The notes below the pieces were generated by a model. That model ran no database searches and had not been told where the DNA came from. It was given only the letters and a program-made list of their open reading frames with translations. From a virus (Duplodnaviria; Caudoviricetes), in IMG/VR virus record IMGVR_UViG_3300034123_000008, positions 1-37,395 of that record: a stretch of 37,395 nt of DNA. One strand, written 5' to 3'. Below are positions 25,628 to 34,850 of the stretch, piece after piece. How positions within the stretch are numbered: the stretch's first letter is position 1; the number at the start of each line of letters is the position of its first letter. The translations under genes were made by a program, and so were the position numbers.

Positions 25628-26023
25628 TTATCCTGTATTCATAGAGAAATCAGTTGCTGATAATCCCGTCATTATTAATGATGCTGCACCCATAGCCCAA
25701 CCGAAAGGAGTAGATCGCATAAACATGTTAAGACTCATATCCACCATTTCTATCATAACAATTAATTTAGAAAGTTGTTGCATACCACTATTAATATTGT
25801 CAGGCAACCCAAGACGTTGACTTATTGCCAAGTATCTTAATGCTACTCGTTCAAGTTGCCTAAATGTTCCTAAAGAGCGATTAGTTTGTGGCATGTCAGA
25901 GTTAATTTTCTGTGTTTTTGCTTCTACCCCTGAAAGTAACAGCATGAGTTCTTTCATGGTTGCCATTAATTCACGTGTTTCACCTAAACTCAAAGTTGCA
26001 CTATCTCCTTTTTTATTCATCAT
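25628..26023 (-). CDS. Very short tape-measure-like protein
   Basis: 131 aa, helical, TPFGWAMGAASL; immediately before the hub. Confidence 0.45.
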   Translation of the reverse strand: MMNKKGDSATLSLGETRELMATMKELMLLLSGVEAKTQKINSDMPQTNRSLGTFRQLERVALRYLAISQRLGLPDNINSGMQQLSKLIVMIEMVDMSLNMFMRSTPFGWAMGAASLIMTGLSATDFSMNTG

Positions 26024-26073
26024 TTATGAAAAGACTTAATAGACTAAGTTAGTTAGTAATATGTAAGGTAATA

Positions 26074-26235
26074 ATGATGAAAACAATTAAAGCAGTGGAA
26101 ATCTACATTTTCCGTAAATGTTCACGATGTGGAAAGGAAGAAAACCCCGAAGAAATCACGCGCCAACTTGTTTCAAGCATAATGGTTCCAGAAGATGCAC
26201 GTGTAACAGTTGAACTTCTCTACGATAATGAGTGA
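26074..26235 (+). CDS. Small CxxC protein (53 aa)
   Basis: MMKTIKAVEIYIFRKCSRCGKE...; missing from the ORF track. Confidence 0.55.
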   Translation: MMKTIKAVEIYIFRKCSRCGKEENPEEITRQLVSSIMVPEDARVTVELLYDNE

Positions 26236-26240
26236 CATTT

Positions 26241-26498
26241 ATGAAGACTTTGAATGTACCCTTCACCGACCAAGAAATCAAAGAACTTAAACAAGCCAAA
26301 GGGTTACTGACCCTTAATTGGCACGACTTAATATTAGCTGCAATACCCGCATATACTCAAGTTGCTTCTGTCGCTTGGAAAGAGGTGAAAACTGATATTT
26401 CTCGTAATAAAGTTCTAGACGACCAAACCCAATATGTCCCTGATAAATCTTTAAGATACCAACCAAAGAGGCGTAAATCAGACGAAGACAAGAGTTAA
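26241..26498 (+). CDS. RHH/CopG-like protein
   Basis: MKTLNVPFTDQEIKELKQAK...NWHDLIL. Confidence 0.6.
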   Translation: MKTLNVPFTDQEIKELKQAKGLLTLNWHDLILAAIPAYTQVASVAWKEVKTDISRNKVLDDQTQYVPDKSLRYQPKRRKSDEDKS

Positions 26499-26610
26499 GA
26501 AATATCTTAAATTAATATTTGGCGATCCAAGAAACCCACTAACATATTTTTGATTCATAGTAACAGCAATAATGATTTGGAAATTGTTGTTTTAAGGATT
26601 CTTTTCTTTT

Positions 26611-27000
26611 TTATTCAATTCCATATTTTGAGGGGTCAACGCCGATGTCTTCAAACGTTGTTTTTCTGCTACTGCCTTTCTGGTAGTCAGGAGCTTCCTT
26701 CACGTCATTTCTTATTTGGTCAATGGCTTTCTGAATTAAATGAATCATATCGCTTACATTCTCTATTTTGCCTTCTGTTTGGCAACGACAATTTGATAGC
26801 AGTCCTGATTTTTTGCCGAATTGTGGTTGTTCATGGGCTAAACTTCCTGTGACAATATTCCATACTTCGCCGTAGGTTGGATGAATTAAACTGTCTGGCA
26901 CTTCGCCTTCGAAGATCCATTTGTAACCGTCAATAGCTCGGCAAATAGGACACACTCTATCATCATGCGATGTGTGCCATGTTATAGAGACAGATGGCAT
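26611..27000 (-). CDS. Mu gpF-like minor head protein domain
   Basis: WHTSHDDRVCPICRAIDG...H...NCRC. Confidence 0.75.
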   Translation of the reverse strand: MPSVSITWHTSHDDRVCPICRAIDGYKWIFEGEVPDSLIHPTYGEVWNIVTGSLAHEQPQFGKKSGLLSNCRCQTEGKIENVSDMIHLIQKAIDQIRNDVKEAPDYQKGSSRKTTFEDIGVDPSKYGIE

Positions 27001-28358
27001 TAGGTTAAGTTCATTCCAAAACGTTCTATAACTGACTCAGAGTTAGCGTGTCCATGCCTGTACTCACGGAATGCTAAAGTTAACACGTTATCTTCAGCGT
27101 AACTTGGTTGTGGCTTCACTAATCTTGCTTTAAACTGTTTAGCAGGATAACCAAGTTTTAGCCATGTCCACGCCGTATTTATGCCCATGTAATGCCATAT
27201 TTCATCGAAGACATCTGTGTTATTTGCATCTGTTTTAGATGAAGCTGTCTGTGGACGTTTCCAAGTTAAAGCAGCAGGTTCTAAGTCTAAGAGGCACTCC
27301 ATAGTTACTGTTTTAAGTCCTGAACCTAACCCTTGCGTATAATTGCCACTCATGCCGGGTATCTCTATGATTGCGTCTTTTAGTTCTGCGGATGGATCCA
27401 TTTTCGTTACTATGGGGATGATGTAGTTTCCTGTGTAGATTTGAATAAAATCGTATGTGACGGTGCCTATTCCATCGCAGCAATACAAGGTTATAGTGTT
27501 AATTGTTTTTGACGCGGTTATTGCTACGTCAACAACGGTGAATAAACCGTTAGGCGAAGCAGACTCAGATAAAACAGTTTGTGTGCCTGAACTGAAACCT
27601 AAAATCACTTTCGCTGTAGCTGAACCCGAGGTTTTGTAGCGGATTCTTATTCTGCCATAAGTCGTACTGGATAAGCCTAAGTTGGTGCCGTTTACTGTTG
27701 ATGAATCCGCGCCAAAAACAGTTTGTGTTAATAATAGATTCTTGTCGCTTGTTATAGTTTGGGCACATGTTGAACCTGCACCCTGCGTTAATGTCCAAGT
27801 GCCTTCAACGCCGCCTGTTAAACGGTCAAGTTCAAGAGTTCCGTTTGAAGGTATGCCATAACTAAAACATGGATACGTAGGTGTATAGTTGCTGTTGATG
27901 CGTTGATATTCGAGGTTATTTTTGGTTTTGTAGAGTTTCCAGCCGCCCATATCAGTTGTTTCAGGCGTGATAGATTCAAATCTGCGTAATACGCCGAGTT
28001 CGCCGCCGAAATATGTTTCAACAATACGTCGGAGTTCTTGTTCACAGGTCCAGAGTGTACGTGTGCCTTCGCTGTTGCTTCCGACGGGATCAATCGCGTT
28101 TACAGTGACTGGAACCATCTCAGTGTAGCCGATGGTGTTATGCATCCAATTATGAATAGGACGCGAAGTAGCTGAACCAATACTGTAAACACAATCTAAG
28201 TTGTTGTCGTAATACAGTTTATGCGTACTTAAGCAATGGTCTTCCCACATAACCCACTCAACCAAAGGCGTAATAGCGTCAACCCTATACAAATTAGCCT
28301 GCAACAGGTAGGTGTTTAAGAATAAAAGGGAACGATACCTAGGGTCTTGCATAGTCAT
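27000..28358 (-). CDS. Tail protein: putative tail-terminator + carbohydrate-binding + tube-initiator/Dit-like fusion
   Basis: 452 aa; N-terminal VPVTVNAID...LWTCEQELRRIV; central IRIRYKT...YDFIQI; C-terminal IIEIPGMSGNYTQGLGS...LAFREY. Confidence 0.5.
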   Translation of the reverse strand: MTMQDPRYRSLLFLNTYLLQANLYRVDAITPLVEWVMWEDHCLSTHKLYYDNNLDCVYSIGSATSRPIHNWMHNTIGYTEMVPVTVNAIDPVGSNSEGTRTLWTCEQELRRIVETYFGGELGVLRRFESITPETTDMGGWKLYKTKNNLEYQRINSNYTPTYPCFSYGIPSNGTLELDRLTGGVEGTWTLTQGAGSTCAQTITSDKNLLLTQTVFGADSSTVNGTNLGLSSTTYGRIRIRYKTSGSATAKVILGFSSGTQTVLSESASPNGLFTVVDVAITASKTINTITLYCCDGIGTVTYDFIQIYTGNYIIPIVTKMDPSAELKDAIIEIPGMSGNYTQGLGSGLKTVTMECLLDLEPAALTWKRPQTASSKTDANNTDVFDEIWHYMGINTAWTWLKLGYPAKQFKARLVKPQPSYAEDNVLTLAFREYRHGHANSESVIERFGMNLT

Positions 28359-28485
28359 TTAGGTTTCACCTTAATTTTACTTTGGCATTTCGATAACTCT
28401 AAGCATTTATAACAGTCATAACCGTCGATGCGGTGGCTATGAATTAGTAGACAAACGCATGTTGGTAGTATGTAGAGGTTAACCA

Positions 28486-29931
28486 TTATTCAGGACAACT
28501 CAAATGAACCCATAAGCCGTGAAGCGTTCCATCACTCATTGACTTCTCAATTCTTCCACAAACCTTCTGTCCAATCTCAATGGGTTTGCCGCAGTCGCCG
28601 CAGATTCGTTCATCATTAGGCTCTTGTTCTGTAGGTGCTGGAATTACGAAGCCGCCGTCTGCTTGACAATACTTCCAAGTTGCTGTGTTTGTTCTAAAAT
28701 AGATGCGGTTATTTGTTATGTCGACGCCTAAAACGCCTGCTTTCGATGTATTAGTTAAATCTGCGTCGCTGATGGTTCCAGCTTTCACTAATGGAATTAA
28801 TCCGTCAGCTGCATACAATTGGTCATCTGTTTTTAATCCGTTAGCTATATCGTGATATAAGTTTACGTCTTCAACAGATGCGCCACCGACACCCCAATAT
28901 AGTGTTCCTGTGCTGCTTACTCGAAAAAGAGCTTGTGTATCTGTACCTGTATAAAACGCCATTAAATCAACGGGTGCGCCAGTATGGTTACGTGATAATA
29001 ACGTTACTGCTCCAGCACTTTGAGTTAACGAATAACAGTTTAAATTATTATAAGTAATGTTGAACGGTACGCCACTACAACTAGTTGGATATTGAATTGC
29101 TAAGGCTTGATGTGAACCTGTTTGATCATCAACCAATATGATTCCGTTGTCATGCCATTTCTCAAGCAGCATTGCACGGTTCCAACGTGCAGAACCTGCA
29201 CTGTTACATTTGAAAGCTGAATAGGGATTGTTTCCATTATTGCATGCTACAGTGACGCCTTCGCCTTTATCTGCCACGGCATAATTGTTTACGTCAACTT
29301 CGATGCCGATGGCGTTTCCTGTACAGCCTGCTTCTAACCAAACTAACGGGTTTAAACCCCAAATGTACCCGGCGCATCCTGCCCGAGCTATAGCGCCAAA
29401 GTATCCTGCTACACCATACTTTGTTAAGGTTGCACCAATATCTATTTCTGCACTTATTGTGCTCCATGCGTCAAGTGTTGGCGGATCATTAGTTGGTTTT
29501 GCTAAATAATGAATCATACGAACATTCTGCGTATTAGTTACTGTTGCCACTTCAGATGTTGGATTAGTAATTTCTGTCTGCTCTACACCTGCTTTAAAAG
29601 AACGCAATATAACGCCGTCTTTAGCGGTGACAGCGGGGATGTCTAAGTCTTTGAATAAAATTAAGCCTTCAGTTAACGAAGCAATCGCAGCGTTTGCTAC
29701 ATCAAGCAAAACAGCGCCGTTTACAGGACCAACATTGTATTGACTGCCGAAAAGTACAGTTGCCGATCCTGCATTAGTTCCGCCTTTTATGGCTTCATAA
29801 TAAGAGCCGTTAGGTCGAACAATTATTGATGCAGAAAACTCTAACCGTGATAGCAGAGTGTTGTATTGAGCAAGTTTCACGGTGGGGTTGCTTGTTGAAT
29901 TATATGGGGCTATTTCATTGGGGTAACTCAT
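28486..29931 (-). CDS. Tail fibre/spike protein
   Basis: 481 aa; ASIIVRPNGSYYEAIKG head, AIGIEVDVNN beta-helix, C-terminal CGDC...HLSC. Confidence 0.7.
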   Translation of the reverse strand: MSYPNEIAPYNSTSNPTVKLAQYNTLLSRLEFSASIIVRPNGSYYEAIKGGTNAGSATVLFGSQYNVGPVNGAVLLDVANAAIASLTEGLILFKDLDIPAVTAKDGVILRSFKAGVEQTEITNPTSEVATVTNTQNVRMIHYLAKPTNDPPTLDAWSTISAEIDIGATLTKYGVAGYFGAIARAGCAGYIWGLNPLVWLEAGCTGNAIGIEVDVNNYAVADKGEGVTVACNNGNNPYSAFKCNSAGSARWNRAMLLEKWHDNGIILVDDQTGSHQALAIQYPTSCSGVPFNITYNNLNCYSLTQSAGAVTLLSRNHTGAPVDLMAFYTGTDTQALFRVSSTGTLYWGVGGASVEDVNLYHDIANGLKTDDQLYAADGLIPLVKAGTISDADLTNTSKAGVLGVDITNNRIYFRTNTATWKYCQADGGFVIPAPTEQEPNDERICGDCGKPIEIGQKVCGRIEKSMSDGTLHGLWVHLSCPE

Positions 29932-29943
29932 CTTATTTTTCTC

Positions 29944-30375
29944 CTAACTTGTTACATATACTCTTTCGAATCCATCTTCAAACTTGTGTGTGTCTGATAT
30001 TGTTTCAAATCCTTGAAGATTAGAGGTAAAAATGTGAATGGGGTTACGTTCTAACTTTACTAAATCAAATAAAGAAACAAAGTAGGTGTTGCCAACCATA
30101 ATATCGCGGCGCGCTGTAATAATCCACCAAACAGACTCTAAAGTTAAATTGACTTTTTGTTCAACTATATCCATCTCGTCATAATTCGATCTGCATGCCA
30201 TCAACGCATCCGTCTTAGGATAATAGCCGACGCCGCTGATTGTTAATGCTGAACCTTTCGGGGCAATCATAACTTTAGCTTGTGTAGGTGTATACTGTGA
30301 AGCGGGGATACCTGTAATTGTGTCTCTTGCGCCGAAGCTATGTCGGTAAACAGTTAACCAAAACGAATTAGTCAT
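29944..30375 (-). CDS. Head closure (stopper) protein, SPP1 gp16-like
   Basis: 143 aa beta protein; ARDTITG; position after the adaptor. Confidence 0.55.
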   Translation of the reverse strand: MTNSFWLTVYRHSFGARDTITGIPASQYTPTQAKVMIAPKGSALTISGVGYYPKTDALMACRSNYDEMDIVEQKVNLTLESVWWIITARRDIMVGNTYFVSLFDLVKLERNPIHIFTSNLQGFETISDTHKFEDGFERVYVTS

Positions 30376-30385
30376 ATTTGCATCC

Positions 30386-32149
30386 TCAAGCTAAATTATC
30401 AATGATTTCTTCTACGTCGCCGAAATCTGTGTTTTCAAATTCACCGAGTATATCGTCGAATAATGTTTGCCAATTAGCATCTCCCGTTGACGGTGTAGGT
30501 GTTGTTACGCGGTTAAATTGTGCAGTTATCGTGTGAGATTCACCAAACGCCGCTGTTATTGTGTGGGGATTATCTGTGTATGTTGTTACGCTGTCAAATA
30601 ACCAACCGACAAATATGGAACCTGCTGCAGCGATTGCTTGCACAACCTGAGAGAGAGAAGCAACTAAACCAGATGCAGGCGACACAGTTCCTTCGCCTAA
30701 CCCAGATTTCGCAGTGACCAAAGACCAAGTTGTAGGCGTAGGCGTCGGCGGAACATACACGACGTATTCAGGCTGCAAATTATAAGTTACATTCACCGAA
30801 CCCGAAATAGAAACAGTTAAACCCCCACTTAAATAAACGCCATTTAATAGCCACTTATCAAAAACGTATCCTTCATTTGGATGCGCTGTGATAGTTGCAG
30901 ATTGCCCAACAAGATATTGTTGAGTTCCTGAGGGGGTGCTGTATCCGCCGTTTGAGTTAGCTATGTTCACAGTATATTTTTGTTGTGGAGGAGGATCGAC
31001 TGGGCCTTGGGGGGTATTCACGGTTAATGCTGCTGTGTTGCTTGAGCCTGATGTTCCTGAGCCTGCATGATACTCAAATTTGCATTGATATTGACCTGAT
31101 GTTGTAGGTGTGTAGGGATCGCTTGCTGCTACGCCACTATACAAGGTTTTAGCCGCGCCTAATTGAATCCAAGAAGTCGCCGAAGCCAATTTAGTGAAGA
31201 ATGTAATTGAGCCTGTTTGCCCTGCAACGGTGCCTGTGAGTGTTACTGAGTCGCCGACAGTAATAGGATTATTAGATGTGGTTGGCGCAGGATATGCAGT
31301 GAGTGCTGTTTCTGGATTTACAAAGATTTCAGCGTCAGCAAACCACACCGCCGCAGACTCACCAAGATTCCAACTTGCGCCAAATAAAGGGTTTAAAGCA
31401 ATAATTGTTTGTGGACCATGCGACAACGCTTGCCCATTATCTTCATGCGTATAAACCGTATAGGGAATAGTGACATCGCAGATTAGTTGCGTCCAATCAG
31501 AATTATACGGCACATACACGGGGTTGCCAACACGTAAACTAATAGGCAAAGTCCAAACTTCATCTTGCGGTACCCGAGGAGTAACTTCTAAAATGTTATC
31601 GCCGCCACTACCTACCACGTCGAAGCCGAAGATGCCGCCTGCGCCTACAGATGAATTATTTGCTTTAATCCACATCGTCATAACTACATGGTCGCCGGGT
31701 TTCACTGTTACTTGATACCCATTAACTTCACGTGCCCCATTAAATGAGTTGCCGGGGCCGTCGATGCGTATAGAGGCTTTGCCGCTTGGACCTAAAACAG
31801 TGGTGTCGCGATGTGTGATTTGGGGGTAAATGTTGGGGTTGCCAAAACAGACGTCGCCGAAGATGTGGTAGTCTCCCCAGTGGCAGAGGCTTTGACTGTA
31901 GGGTATGCCGTTTGCGTCGTTTTGAAACATGGGTGCGTAGTTGGTTCCTGTGTAGGGCATTGGGGGATTTATCTCCGTTTTAGTGTTTGATGTGTTTTCT
32001 GGTGTTGGTTGGGGATGAATAATATATGAAGATGATTGCTCAGTTACAGTGATTAATGGTTGAGGCGCTTCACCTGTAAAAATTAAGCCGCCGAATAAAC
32101 TTAAGACAATTAGCAATCCTGCAGGCAACGTTTTATCAGACATACGCAC
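30386..32149 (-). CDS. Secreted/surface adhesin-like protein (CBM-like + Ig + two InlB B-repeat-like domains)
   Basis: N-terminal hydrophobic signal, VKPGDHVVMTMWIK, PNEGYVFDKW, GSIFVGW...DNPHTI, PT linkers. Confidence 0.7.
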   Translation of the reverse strand: MRMSDKTLPAGLLIVLSLFGGLIFTGEAPQPLITVTEQSSSYIIHPQPTPENTSNTKTEINPPMPYTGTNYAPMFQNDANGIPYSQSLCHWGDYHIFGDVCFGNPNIYPQITHRDTTVLGPSGKASIRIDGPGNSFNGAREVNGYQVTVKPGDHVVMTMWIKANNSSVGAGGIFGFDVVGSGGDNILEVTPRVPQDEVWTLPISLRVGNPVYVPYNSDWTQLICDVTIPYTVYTHEDNGQALSHGPQTIIALNPLFGASWNLGESAAVWFADAEIFVNPETALTAYPAPTTSNNPITVGDSVTLTGTVAGQTGSITFFTKLASATSWIQLGAAKTLYSGVAASDPYTPTTSGQYQCKFEYHAGSGTSGSSNTAALTVNTPQGPVDPPPQQKYTVNIANSNGGYSTPSGTQQYLVGQSATITAHPNEGYVFDKWLLNGVYLSGGLTVSISGSVNVTYNLQPEYVVYVPPTPTPTTWSLVTAKSGLGEGTVSPASGLVASLSQVVQAIAAAGSIFVGWLFDSVTTYTDNPHTITAAFGESHTITAQFNRVTTPTPSTGDANWQTLFDDILGEFENTDFGDVEEIIDNLA

Positions 32150-32156
32150 CAGCCAT

Positions 32157-32660
32157 TTATGAGGTTGCTTGCCCTACTCCGAAACGTAAGCGAAAACTGC
32201 TTATTTGTGTGTTAGGATGCAAGGCGCGTAGGCGTTCGATAGCTTGGTTAAAGAAATCTACAAGGGGCGAGTTAGCGCTGTTGTTTATAGCTGTAGATGC
32301 TGATATGGCGGATGATACGCTGCTTGATTCACTTTTACTGAAGCCCATTGCAGCTACGCTTTTTGCGGTGCCTGAGGAGCCGCCTGTAGATGTTGCGTTG
32401 CTTAAGCTAGTTTTTTTTGCTTCACGTAGCATAATAGTCATTAAGAGGTTGAAGGCTGGTTCTTCATCATCTTCAATAGTGCTCGAACCTGGTGATCCTG
32501 ATAGTTTTGTGATGGATGTGCCAGCTAAGAGGTTGATGAGGTTAAAGCCACTGTTTATCATAGCTTCTGTGTCGGAGGTTGTGAAGTCTCCTGTAGAGCC
32601 TGATATAATTGAGTAGCCATTTTGTGAGAGGACTGTTGCCGCTGTTATTAGGGTTGTCAA
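32157..32660 (-). CDS. Head-tail adaptor (SPP1 gp15-like), putative
   Basis: 167 aa, helical with S-rich hairpin and FNQAIERL. Confidence 0.55.
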   Translation of the reverse strand: MTTLITAATVLSQNGYSIISGSTGDFTTSDTEAMINSGFNLINLLAGTSITKLSGSPGSSTIEDDEEPAFNLLMTIMLREAKKTSLSNATSTGGSSGTAKSVAAMGFSKSESSSVSSAISASTAINNSANSPLVDFFNQAIERLRALHPNTQISSFRLRFGVGQATS

Positions 32661-33880
32661 TTTGTTTGTTTCTCCTTAAGTTTTTGTTTCTGAATTAATA
32701 AAAGAGCATTTAACATCAACGATGGCTCTAAGAGGTCAAGGTCTTTTTGTTCTTGAGCAGACAAATGATGCCGCCCACCTGATGAGGGTGCAACTGTTAA
32801 CGCTATTCTTAGGTTGAGTTTCATGTCGAAGGTAACTTTCGCGGTGTATGTGGCGTATCCTGCTTTTGTGATTGTTAATGTGTGGGGTCCATAATCTTGT
32901 AATGTATCGCCGTTGGCTTGATTGTAGTATCCTCGACTGACAGTTTGCGTAGTGATAGCGCCAGCCGCATCTGTTGACACGCTAAAGATTTGGGTGTTCG
33001 CAACATCTTTCAATACACATGTGCAAGATTGGAGTGCGGTTCCCGCTGAATCACGCACGGTTAAGTCAAATTCATACTGACGAAAAACCTTACCCGTGCA
33101 ATTTCCAGAAAAACCTAAATGCCAAGTATCAAAAACGCCATTGATTAAGTATCCGTCAACAGTGAAAATTTCAACGTAAATAGGATATGTATTTTTTGTT
33201 ACGACTGCATTTTTGATAGTGGTTACAACATTACCATAAAAATGTAAGGCATAACTATTTGAAAATACATTGAGTCTATCGTAAGTACAAGTTCCGCAAA
33301 AAACAGCTGCTTGTGATGAAGTGTAACCCATTATATTTACGTTGTAAATATCAGCAAATGATTTGAAATTATATAAATCAACACAATTTAAGTTTGAATT
33401 ATATATTTTAAATATTCCACTACTTGCACACCAAAGCATTAATTGTCCTGACGTTGACATCAAGGTTGAACTATAAATTTGAACAGTTCCCACTTGATTT
33501 ATAACAGCATTATTTTGATTTGTATCCATACAAGAAATAATACAGCCATCTTGTGTTGATTTAGTTGTTGCATCTGTTAAGGTCCCAATAGTAAAAGATG
33601 AATGTGCTAAAACGTTGATAAACTGACCTTGCCATTGTCCTGTAAAAATTCCATTTAAGAATAAAATTTGTTTTTTAGTGTCTGTAAAAGCACAAGCGTT
33701 TGTTCCGTCACCTATCACTATTTTTCCCGCGCATATTATTTGTGTTCCTGACGCATCGGAGGTGTATTTGCCCCAGCCCCCAGCAGTATCAGCAGCAACC
33801 AATGCAGCAAAATTAGTGGAGCCAGCACCCGAAGCCGACGCCGTCGAAGTTCCAGAATTATAGCTCCAGCTCACAACCAT
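32657..33880 (-). CDS. Beta-helix virion protein with carboxypeptidase-regulatory-like domain
   Basis: 407 aa; N/I/Y-rich coils; DLTVRDSAG, TDAAG, LTITKAGY. Confidence 0.7.
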   Translation of the reverse strand: MVVSWSYNSGTSTASASGAGSTNFAALVAADTAGGWGKYTSDASGTQIICAGKIVIGDGTNACAFTDTKKQILFLNGIFTGQWQGQFINVLAHSSFTIGTLTDATTKSTQDGCIISCMDTNQNNAVINQVGTVQIYSSTLMSTSGQLMLWCASSGIFKIYNSNLNCVDLYNFKSFADIYNVNIMGYTSSQAAVFCGTCTYDRLNVFSNSYALHFYGNVVTTIKNAVVTKNTYPIYVEIFTVDGYLINGVFDTWHLGFSGNCTGKVFRQYEFDLTVRDSAGTALQSCTCVLKDVANTQIFSVSTDAAGAITTQTVSRGYYNQANGDTLQDYGPHTLTITKAGYATYTAKVTFDMKLNLRIALTVAPSSGGRHHLSAQEQKDLDLLEPSLMLNALLLIQKQKLKEKQTN

Positions 33881-33910
33881 AAATAGTACACCAACGAAAA
33901 GGAAATATTG

Positions 33911-34252
33911 TTAAGGTAATTCTACGCCAAACTGCTTCTTGAACCATGATTTAATTTCATCAATGTCATAAGAATAACTAGGTGTAACTGTACTAATTTG
34001 TCCTTCAACTTTCACATTGATTTTTTCGTTTATTGGAAACTCCTTTAAAGCATTTTCAAAGGCATCTATAACATCGCGTTGTGGAACAACTATATTATTG
34101 TAATCCATGTAGAAACTGGGTGATACGTCTTCAGGTATCTTTTTTAATTCATCCTCAGCCACAAGTTTTGAGGAATCAGCAATAGTTTTAAAAATACCTT
34201 CATATTTCTCTCTGTTAAACGTGTACATCTTTGGTTTATTTGTTGCCATCAA
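33911..34252 (-). CDS. Hypothetical protein
   Basis: 113 aa overlapping the HNH gene end. Confidence 0.6.
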   Translation of the reverse strand: MMATNKPKMYTFNREKYEGIFKTIADSSKLVAEDELKKIPEDVSPSFYMDYNNIVVPQRDVIDAFENALKEFPINEKINVKVEGQISTVTPSYSYDIDEIKSWFKKQFGVELP

Positions 34253-34697
34253 TTTTAGCCTTCAATTCAAGATATTTGTTTACTAATCCTCTATCCACAT
34301 TTTCAGCAAAGATATGGCAGTATCGGCAAAGCCACATGCCATTTTCAAGTTTATTATCGTCCCAATGGTGATATGCTCTAAGTCCTAATTCACTACCGCA
34401 AACTTCACAGATTTGAGTCCAAGGTCGCTTATTTACATTGAAAGATAATTGTTTGCCATCTTTCCAAATACGCATTCGATGTTTTCTGCCGTGTTCTCTA
34501 ACTCTTTTTCTTTCGCTTTCAACGTGATTGGCTCGCCATTTCCTTCCACGTTCAAGATTCTCTTTTGTATGAGAGTAGTAATAATTACGTCTTTGTTTTA
34601 GATAGCATGGACGACATTGATAGTCATGTTTTGCTTTAACATAGCTTAGCCAATTTTCGTCTGTAAGTTCTACACCACATTTATTGCAAGTTAGCAT
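34236..34697 (-). CDS. HNH endonuclease with N-terminal Zn finger
   Basis: CNKC...CRPC; CEVCG...HHWD...N...LCRYCH. Confidence 0.85.
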   Translation of the reverse strand: MLTCNKCGVELTDENWLSYVKAKHDYQCRPCYLKQRRNYYYSHTKENLERGRKWRANHVESERKRVREHGRKHRMRIWKDGKQLSFNVNKRPWTQICEVCGSELGLRAYHHWDDNKLENGMWLCRYCHIFAENVDRGLVNKYLELKAKIDGNK

Positions 34698-34727
34698 AAA
34701 CTTATAGTTGTAGCCAACTTATTAAAG

Positions 34728-34769
34728 TTATATGTTAGTGCCAGCGTTGTACGCCCAAGTAACAACCAT
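34728..34769 (-). pseudogene. Truncated gene start MVVTWAYNAGTNI*, homologous to the N-terminus of the 33880 gene
   Basis: Aligns to MVVSWSYNSGTST (8/11 identical). Confidence 0.7.
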
Positions 34770-34850
34770 GGTAAAACCTACATTAAACCTATCTTCTTAA
34801 GCAAAACAGCAAAAACAACAAATAATACCTCGATGAATTTTTTATGCAAC

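Noticed and set aside
28390-28445. Small hairpin (TCATA...TATGA) and TTATAAA upstream of the 452-aa tail gene
   Set aside because: Consistent with an ordinary promoter or terminator; too short to call an RNA element.
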